From NCBI GenBank assembly GCA_019828565.1, contig JAHDYR010000041.1:111665-175664 (forward strand): a DNA stretch of 64,000 bases, in the 5' to 3' direction. The position numbers were made by a program, and so were the translations under genes. Source of the DNA: Carpediemonas membranifera BICM (lineage: Eukaryota > Protista > Fornicata). This document shows positions 22,421 to 31,121 of this stretch, piece by piece. Each line of letters begins with the position of its first letter. Position 1 is the first letter of the stretch. The notes beneath the pieces were generated by a model. That model saw nothing but the letters and a program-made list of their open reading frames with translations. It made no database searches and was not told the DNA's origin.

Positions 22421-24273
22421 TCACTCGCTCGCCGTCTCCAGTTTGCTCACACCGGAGTATACTGCGGCGTGCTCACCCTCAATCAGAATAACGCCATCGA
22501 AGTCCGACTCATGACAGGCCTTGACGACAGCAGCGCGGCTTCTCAGTGTCATCTTCTTGATGCGGCCACTCGCCATGTGTAGAACCGCATCGCTTATCCA
22601 ATGGCCTTGCTTTTTTGCGTTGTCAATGACGAGCACGGTCTTCTTGTTGGCGTGTGCCCATGTCCGTATGGCTTCTGTCGTGAGGTACAGGCTCTTCTTA
22701 TCGAAAAGCTCGTCGGGCTCGAACCAAGTGCCGTGGAATACGACTGACTTCTTCGCCCACGCGGTCAGTCTCGCTCTGAAACCGGCAATGGCGTTATCGT
22801 CCAAGTCCGTGTTGTGAACAAGGTAGTGAAGGGCGTGTGCGATGCAACTCCCATCTGGAGGCACGTTGTGTACATCACAGAAGCGCTTGATGTCTGCCAT
22901 TGCACGAAGGTTGTCATAGCCTCTCTCAGGCTCAGGCTCAGCTGGCTCGCTGACGCTAAGATCTATGATATCAGCACACGGCACACACTCTTTGTTGTTG
23001 GCCTTCTCGGGCTCCGTCTGGGTGTTGGCTTCGCATGTCTTCACTGTCTTCACCTCCGACTCGCCCTTCTTCTCATTTGCCTCACCCTCGTCCTCCTTCT
23101 CCTCAGGCTCATCATGCACCTCTGTCACCTCCTCTACCTCGCCCTCCTCCTCCTCGTCTGACTCCTCTGAGTTGCTATCGACATCAGCGATCTTCTGAGG
23201 GATTGTCATGAGGGCCTTGCGCTTCATGTGGATTGTGTCGCTCTTCCCCGTACGGCGGGGGGTACTCGTTCGTGCTTGGTGTGTGCCCGACTGGGGTAGG
23301 TCGCGGCGAAACGGCGCGGGTGTCGGGCTGGCACCGATGGAGATGTCAGCTGCGTATCCCACGTCTTGCAGCAGCCTCGTGACGGTCTCCTCCAGCTCGA
23401 GTACTCTCTTCTGCGCCTTGTGATGGAGCACTCGTGCCTCCATCGGAAGAGATGGGAGGTCTTTGTGAATCCAGTCCTTCATTTCGAGCAGCTTGGATAC
23501 GCGAAGGTATCTGTCGAACTGGACGTCGACGTGGTTGTCCCCAGCAACCGCAGCTGACTCTCGAGAGGCGCGAATGCGAAGCTCGCCGTGCACCTCCTTC
23601 TGGACTCTATGCCACAGGACGTAGTTGCGAGCGTTATTGTCCTCCCACTCCTTGAGCTTCTGGGCGATCTTTCTCTCGCGCCGGCGCTTGATCGCGCGTT
23701 CTCTAATCTCATCGTCGGACTCGTTGTCAAAGTCCACCTCACTCTCACTGTCGCACAACTCAGAATCGTCGACGCCGCTCTCTTCACCACTGTCCACGCC
23801 ACTCTCATCGTCGACGGGTTCTTTCTTAGCGCTCTCGGCCTTGCCCTTGCCCTTGTCCTTCTCCTCGGCGTCAATGGCCTCAATAATGGCCTTACGCGCC
23901 TTGCGCTTCTCCCTGGCTATACACGATATCAGCCTGGTTGTCGTCAACCCACTTCGCCAGCGCGCCGAGCTTCTTGGAACTTCTTGGTCCGGCGAGTGCC
24001 ATAAACTGCTTCTTCAACTTATCCTGGAGCTCTTCCTTCTCGTCCTTCGTGAGGCGGAATTTCGTAGTGATATGGTTCAGGTTGATTCCTATATAAGCAT
24101 TGCTATGACTACAAACGCTTCCTGATCACTAGATCGAGCAGTTTCCGTTCATCCAGCAAAACCGCGCGAAGGACAGCACATTTGGCATGATTGGTGGTTG
24201 CCTTGGTGTATGCAGCCAATATCGCATCGTACTGTTCCTTGCTAGCGCTCTCAATCCACTTTAGCAAGTCCAT
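22421..24273 (-). CDS. Acidic/coiled-coil protein with C-terminal OTU-like cysteine protease domain; 5' exon structure uncertain
   Basis: NVPPDGSCIAHAL ... GEHAAVY; main ORF 22421-23947, with upstream coding-like segments. Confidence 0.65.
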
Positions 24274-25464
24274 TTTCGGCACTATCAGCAAGAGAGCATA
24301 AAAAAATGGACATAGAGTGCCAAAAGTAATAAACTGAAACCATCCACACGGCAACTATGTACCTAGGCGGCCTCAGTACCTCCAATACCTTCCGTATGTG
24401 CTTTTTTGTCCGTCCCTACTTCGTCCCACGAACCAGAAAAAAGCGCAAAGAGAGGGCCCTTTGAATAATTCTATAACGGCAGCAGAGCATAAAACACGGT
24501 TCGAAAGGGCTGATTTTATGCTCTCTTGCCGTTAGTTCAAGCCGAGGCACGCTTCGGGCGAGCTCCGGCCAAGGGGTCCAGGAGTCAGCTTTTGGGGGAA
24601 GGTCTGTGGTGCTATAACGTACCTCGGGACGCACTGTGGAGGCCCCTAGAGTACTCGGTCATGACATGTCAGATCAAGGGTCCCTCAAATCTGGCCCCAT
24701 TCAGGATGCACCCCCTAAATGTTCCGTTGCAAGCGTCTGACGGGCGTTCTCTGGATACCGACCAAGATGGAGGTCACATGGATCAACGGACGAGTATTGC
24801 GGTATTCTGGCCATGCCTGGTACTCTCAAATCATCTATACTGCTCAGTGCTCCATTTATAGTTCATATCGTTTCGTCCTGATGGACTTATGGTACTTGAT
24901 GTTGTTTAGGGATTATTGTTGCTTTAATGATGCTCTGCGCCCGAATACTGATGTTTCTTAGTGTTGCGTACATGCCTACTACGTTAAAGCCGCCAGTATT
25001 CTTCCTATTCGTCAGTTCGTAATTTCAGTCTCGTTGCGAGCATAAAATGCACATTGTGAAAGGAAAGTGGGTGGTTATCTAATGGATACAGGGCAGGACA
25101 AGGTACACGAATGCCGTCCTGAGGTTTGGCATGGGATACTGATCTCATACGTCAAAAATGGGCGGTGGTATTCGAATTTCAGAATTTCGGCATGTCCGAA
25201 TTCCGAGGCAAGCGGGTAGGGTGTACAAAACCTGGCCTGGGTACCTATTAGAGCGAATAGAGAATGGCAGCACCATGGATTCGGTTTTCAGAATAATAAT
25301 TGCATTTGGATCGCCATTTCAGAATTACTTCCAGCACCGGAGATTATCATTAAATCTGGGAGTGTAACAACACTTTTAAAAAATGAAAGGTCCCCATTCA
25401 CCCACTCAGGCCCTAGATCACGTATCTGAGCTCAGTTTGGGTCAATTCCCAATACTTTAGAGTT

Positions 25465-26883
25465 TTGTATGGTCGAAATTCTGAAATAGCAATCCAAACT
25501 GAAGCAGCAAAAACTCATCCCATGGAGGCTGTAGCGGCAATAGACGAAGATATCATGAAGCGTTGGTTGAAGAATGTTCCAACCAAATCGCGTACGAACT
25601 ACAACAAGCTTCTGAAAGACGTTTTGGCCAGAATTTGTCAGGAAACCGCCACAGATATCCAGAAGGGCATCGAGATTGTCCGTAGTGACGAGCTGGTAAC
25701 CCATTTGCGCCGGTACCTCGCTGAGAAGCCTCTGGGGACGCAGAAGAAGATCGTTTCGGCTGTTCAGTCTTTCCGGAACTTCGACTTGCCACACCCCGCG
25801 AAGCCGTTGTCCTGGAAAGAGGAGAAAGAGGTGTCGCCTGCATCAGTTGAGAGTCTCCCCAGCCCGTATGGCGCCATTGCCATTCTGCTCAACCAGACGG
25901 GCTGGGAGTATTCGTATCTCCAAGGTAATCTCCCCGATGCGATAGACCTTACCTCGTGCCCGAGCTGGATGGGCTTTGGCACGCTCAAATCGGGATTCCC
26001 GCAGGCCAGTGCTGTATCGGAGGCGCTCAAGGTTCAGGGGTTGACGGTTCGCATGCTTCGCTTTGCGCAGCGGATCGACGTGTCCACCGATAGGATGCAG
26101 TCTATCGGCACGCTAGAGCGCCGCGGCAGACCGCAGGAGAAGCCTCAGAAGGTCATTAAGGACAAGCGCATCAGCCTGACCGATGAGCAGTTCAGGCACC
26201 AGTTGGCGTCCAGTCACTTAACGACCACGCGGCGCCCAACGATCCTCGATCTCAACCCGGAGATCCGAAGCTCTGCCGACCTGGTGCCGCCGACGCTCGA
26301 TGACTGGCTTTACAAAAAGCTCAGGATGAGGATGGTCCAGCTCCACGACCAGCGTAAGCCCGAGGGGGGCGACACGGGAGAGGGCGAGTCTGACGATGAG
26401 GCGCTGTTTGACGAGACAGCTGGCGAGGCAGAGATGCCGGAGACCGTGGTGGAGGGCGAGTTTGACGAGACAGCCGGGTTGGAGATGCTGGAAGGAGAGT
26501 GGGAGGATGAGGAGAGTTCAGACAGCGATGCCGAGGATAGCCTCGTCGATAACCTGTCATTTGTTCTGTCACAACAGGTTGAGTGTGACATGTCTGAGAG
26601 AGATACCGATGAGGGTGTCCGTAGCGGGGCCAATGGAAGTGGGCTCGCTCCGCTCTATGACTCTATGAAGACCAGGGTGCCCAGCAGACGCATTCGCCTT
26701 CGCCGCTATCACGAGAGCGAGTCAGACTTGGGTAGCAGCAGCGACAGCGAGGACGGGATGCCGAAGCTGCCCGATGAGGCCTTTCAGCACATCCGTGATG
26801 CCGGAATGACAACTGTGAGGCTGACGAGGGCCGAGTATGACGACGTGATGGAGAAGAGAGAGCAGGAAAAGCATCAGAAGTAA
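25465..26883 (+). CDS. Hypothetical protein with degenerate tyrosine-recombinase-like N-terminal half and acidic tail (likely ATG 25521)
   Basis: SRTNY..L / TQKKIVSAVQSF (core-binding-like), AILLNQTGWE (Box I-like, no Arg), TVRMLR (HxxR-like); homolog at 55706-56938. Confidence 0.5.
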   Translation: MYGRNSEIAIQTEAAKTHPMEAVAAIDEDIMKRWLKNVPTKSRTNYNKLLKDVLARICQETATDIQKGIEIVRSDELVTHLRRYLAEKPLGTQKKIVSAVQSFRNFDLPHPAKPLSWKEEKEVSPASVESLPSPYGAIAILLNQTGWEYSYLQGNLPDAIDLTSCPSWMGFGTLKSGFPQASAVSEALKVQGLTVRMLRFAQRIDVSTDRMQSIGTLERRGRPQEKPQKVIKDKRISLTDEQFRHQLASSHLTTTRRPTILDLNPEIRSSADLVPPTLDDWLYKKLRMRMVQLHDQRKPEGGDTGEGESDDEALFDETAGEAEMPETVVEGEFDETAGLEMLEGEWEDEESSDSDAEDSLVDNLSFVLSQQVECDMSERDTDEGVRSGANGSGLAPLYDSMKTRVPSRRIRLRRYHESESDLGSSSDSEDGMPKLPDEAFQHIRDAGMTTVRLTRAEYDDVMEKREQEKHQK

Positions 26884-27460
26884 ATGAACGAAGTAAATAG
26901 GTCGTGGGAATGACTCAAACACTGACTAAGCCATCGAATTGGCGCAGCTGACCCCATATTGTTGTTAAATGACCACAAAGCATTCGCTTATGCACAATTA
27001 GCTGCCAGAAAGAACACTACCGTTACTTTGGATCATTCCAGTTCGCCGGAGATGACGCAGGTCCAGAACGCTGCCTTGGAGGGCTGGTGAAGCGGTAGTG
27101 TAGCGCTTACTCACCAAGCGGGCGATGGTCTCGACGGGACGGTTGACGGTCTCAAGGTGGCCCTGCTCTTCGACGTACCAGGCGGACATGCCGATGACGG
27201 AGCGGCGCTGACCCTGGCGGACGTTATCCTCGCCCTGGGTGAAGCTGTTCTTGCCGAAGTACACGTGGATACCGATGGTGAGGCAGGGCTGTAGCATGGA
27301 GGCCGAGAAACCATAAACTGCACGGATCCACAAACGTGGATTGGCCTGAACGACAGCGCTGATGCCCAGACAGGCATATATACATTCATTTATTCATCTG
27401 TGAGGTAGACAGAGACGCCCCTATCCTTTCGAGTCGATACCTTCCCAGGCAGTCGGCCGT

Positions 27461-29510
27461 AAAGTGCACAATTTTGCGATCGCTGTCGCAAACGAAATCC
27501 GTGGAATGATCAGTTACAGTAATATTCAGGGGATTGTTGTTCTATGCGTGCTGCACATTTAACGTTGTCTGCTCTAGAGCCACTACCAGCTTCTCCCTCC
27601 TTTGTAATCAACATCATTATTCATGCTCAGCCATATGGACGATAATACCGGGAATACAAGACGATTTAGTACTACGTGAAGCTTATAATGACATTAGCAA
27701 GCTTGTGTACACAGAAACAATTAATATCAACATCAGGAAGGCAAGAAGAAGATTGCCTATGAGAACGCCAGGGAGAGAACGCCGTGGAAGAATAGTGGTC
27801 CAGACGTAGTGATCAGGGGTGGCGCACGGGGGAGAGTGCCATGGAGAGAGCGGCGGGGGCAGACCGATCCCCTCACTCTTTCACCGTCACGATAACAACG
27901 TCGCCCGCAACCAGTTCGACGTGACTCAGTGCAAATTCCCCCTTGACCACATCCTGGCGCCGTTGTAGGGAGTGGTGACGTCGCCTCATTCGCGTACAAC
28001 AAGGAGCGTTTATAAACCGAGCACATTGTCAACGACATCCTCCATCTCTTCACGGCCAGTCGTTGCATGCATAGCAGCAAGTGAATACGCGACGTTTTCG
28101 TGCATGCAGACGATTCTCTGTTGTCAGCCGTAAAGTGCACAATTTTGCGATCGCTGTCGCAAACGAAATCCGTGGAATGATCAGTTACAGTAATATTCAG
28201 GGGATTGTTGTTCTATGCGTGCTGCACATTGAACGTTGTCTGCTCTAGAGCCACTACCAGCTTCTCCCTCCTTTGTAATCAACATCATTATTCATGCTCA
28301 GCCATATGGACGATAATACCGGGAATACAAGACGATTTAGTACTACGTGAAGCTTATAATGACATTAGCAAGCTTGTGTACACAGAAACAATTAATATCA
28401 ACATCAGGAAGGCAAGAAGAAGATTGCCTATGAGAACGCCAGGGAGAGAACGCCGTGGAAGAATAGTGGTCCAGACGTAGTGATCAGGGGTGGCGCACGG
28501 GGGAGAGTGCCATGGAGAGAGCGGCGGGGGCAGACCGATCCCCTCACTCTTTCACCGTCACGATAACAACGTCGCCCGCAACCAGTTCGACGTGACTCAG
28601 TGCAAATTCCCCCTTGACCACATCCTGGCGCCGTTGTAGGGAGTGGTGACGTCGCCTCATTCGCGTACAACAAGGAGCGTTTATAAACCGAGCACATTGT
28701 CAACGACAGCCTCCATCTCTTCACGGCCAGTCGTTGCATGCATAGCAGCAAGTGAATACGCGACGTTTTCGTGCATGCAGACGATTCTCTGTTGTCAGCC
28801 GTAAAGTGCACAATTTTGCGATCGCTGTCGCAAACGAAATCCGTGGAATGATCAGTTACAGTAATATTCAGGGGATTGTTGTTCTATGCGTGCTGCACAT
28901 TGAACGTTGTCTGCTCTAGAGCCACTACCAGCTTCTCCCTCCTTTGTAATCAACATCATTATTCATGCTCAGCCATATGGACGATAATACCGGGAATACA
29001 AGACGATTTAGTACTACGTGAAGCTTATAATGACATTAGCAAGCTTGTGTACACAGAAACAATTAATATCAACATCAGGAAGGCAAGAAGAAGATTGCCT
29101 ATGAGAACGCCAGGGAGAGAACGCCGTGGAAGAATAGTGGTCCACACGTAGTGATCAGGGGTGGCGCACGGGGAGAGTGCCATGGAGAGAGCGGCGGGGG
29201 CAGACCGATCCCCTCACTCTTTCACCGTCACGATAACAACGTCGCCCGCAACCAGTTCGACGTGACTCAGTGCAAATTCCCCCTTGACCACATCCTGGCG
29301 CCGTTGTAGGGAGTGGTGACGTCGCCTCATTCGCGTACAACAAGGAGCGTTTATAAACCGAGCACATTGTCAACGACAGCCTCCATCTCTTCACGGCCAG
29401 TCGTTGCATGCATAGCAGCAAGTGAATACGCGACGTTTTCGTGCATGCAGACGATTCTCTGTTGTCAGCCGTAAAGTGCACAATTTTGCGATCGCTGTCG
29501 CAAACGAAAT
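27461..29510 (-). repeat. 671-bp repeat family, three tandem units in inverted orientation
   Basis: The same ORF recurs at 27534, 28205 and 28876 (period 671). Confidence 0.93.
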
Positions 29511-31104
29511 GAGCAGCGCTAGTTCATATGAGTACACCAAGGACCTATTTATAGCGTCTTTCCGGCTCTGTTTCCATAGAACACTGACAATCCCCGGGGA
29601 TATACCCTCAATCCTCAAACTCGCCTTTTTCAACCACTTCGACGAAGAAATGCCCTCGAGTGTGGCTTTTGAGATCCCCAACAGAGCAAGTGTTGATGTT
29701 GTCCAAATTAGCTTTGCAGAGCGCCAAATGATGGAAGCCATACTGTCAATGATTCCCCCTCTCAAACCATCCGCGCAAGCCCTCCTCGACTGCGCCCGCT
29801 CCATCCTCACAGACGGCCCCCCGCTTTCCATGAACATCCCATTGGCTCCAGGTCAGGAGCTCCCCGTTGCCCTTCACACGCTCAACCAGGGCACGTTGTG
29901 GGCGTGTCTGATGGGTGCTGGGGCCAACCCAGACCTCGAGGACATGGTTCTGAGGCGGTGTCAGAGCCAAGGCCCAGGCGAAATCGAGATGCACAGCAAG
30001 ATCCGCCGCATTTTCACTCCAGACGACAAGTGCCTCTGGTTCCTCTGCCGCAAGTTCCACTTCTCGCTGAACGTCGCCGAGAAGGACGGTGAGAGCTTTC
30101 AGTGCAATGCGTACGATAGATGCTACCACCACCGCATGTACATGGGCCGACTCTTCATGCTCGACACTGAGCACCACGCCGCCCTCACCAGGGCCAGAAT
30201 GCCCAGGGCCCTCAAGGTTTTCAGCGATGATTCCACCCAGATCGCCAAGACGCCCAAGGGCCTGTGGGCCTGGGGCAAATGCCATCGGAATGACAAATCC
30301 AGGTTCTCTGCCCCGTTCCGCCTCACCTTCCCCGAATGCCCCAGAGTATCCCACCTCGAGGCCAGCCTGCCCCCCTGGGAGAAGCACAGGATGGTGGTCG
30401 ATGTATCACTATGGGCAATAGAGGCCTTTATACTCACCCCTGTCGGCACTATCGAATCAAGAGGGCCTGGGAACGTCTTCAAAGAGGTCGCTTTGCCGAC
30501 AGGATTTGTTCCTGATCACATCCTACATGGATTTAAGACAACTATCCTCTCCATGGGCGATCGTCAAATGATAAGCGGTTGGAACGGCTGTGGACGGTTG
30601 GGTCTTGGGCACAAGAAGAAGCTTTCTGGCTTCATTGACCTTCCCCATCCGGTGGAACAGATCATATTTTGCGATTATAACAACTTTAGCATCTTCGAGA
30701 GTGACAACCGATTGCTATTTGCTGGCAGAGTTCCTGAATACCTTGAATCGTTTGTTGATTTGTATGAGGGCGAGAAATGCGTCACACCAACCCATATAGA
30801 GCTGCCATATCTGCGGACGAAAGGATTCTTCGCCGGGGAGGCGTGGGTCATCTGGGTCACTGAAGGCAAGAGTTATGTCTCGTGCAATTTTGGTGGCTTA
30901 GACAAGTTTTATGTCCCCTTTGAGGCCAGATATGCTTCCATAGATGGCGATCTAGTCGAGAAACCTGCTGATGGCTGCAAATTCTGCAATTCAGCCGGTC
31001 AATGGCTCGAAGTAGTGCGCGTGGCTTCCTTCGTGGCCGAGATGCGTGAGTGTGAGTCGCCCAGAGGTGTTGAAGTTGACACGATCGATAATGTAAAGAC
31101 GTAA
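29509..31104 (+). CDS. RCC1/BLIP-II-like beta-repeat protein (~531 aa)
   Basis: GLWAWG and ISGWNGCGRLGLG motifs; paralog at 46737-48270. Confidence 0.65.
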   Translation: MSSASSYEYTKDLFIASFRLCFHRTLTIPGDIPSILKLAFFNHFDEEMPSSVAFEIPNRASVDVVQISFAERQMMEAILSMIPPLKPSAQALLDCARSILTDGPPLSMNIPLAPGQELPVALHTLNQGTLWACLMGAGANPDLEDMVLRRCQSQGPGEIEMHSKIRRIFTPDDKCLWFLCRKFHFSLNVAEKDGESFQCNAYDRCYHHRMYMGRLFMLDTEHHAALTRARMPRALKVFSDDSTQIAKTPKGLWAWGKCHRNDKSRFSAPFRLTFPECPRVSHLEASLPPWEKHRMVVDVSLWAIEAFILTPVGTIESRGPGNVFKEVALPTGFVPDHILHGFKTTILSMGDRQMISGWNGCGRLGLGHKKKLSGFIDLPHPVEQIIFCDYNNFSIFESDNRLLFAGRVPEYLESFVDLYEGEKCVTPTHIELPYLRTKGFFAGEAWVIWVTEGKSYVSCNFGGLDKFYVPFEARYASIDGDLVEKPADGCKFCNSAGQWLEVVRVASFVAEMRECESPRGVEVDTIDNVKT

Positions 31105-31121
31105 AGCTAAGTATTTCTGTG

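Noticed and set aside
27534-27809. Recurrent 91-aa and 127-aa ORFs in the 671-bp repeat
   Set aside because: They have non-ATG starts and no domain, and they recur only because the DNA is duplicated.
29509-31104. True RAG2 homolog
   Set aside because: Motifs are RCC1-like rather than kelch, there is no attached PHD, and the orientation differs from the convergent RAG1L/RAG2L layout.
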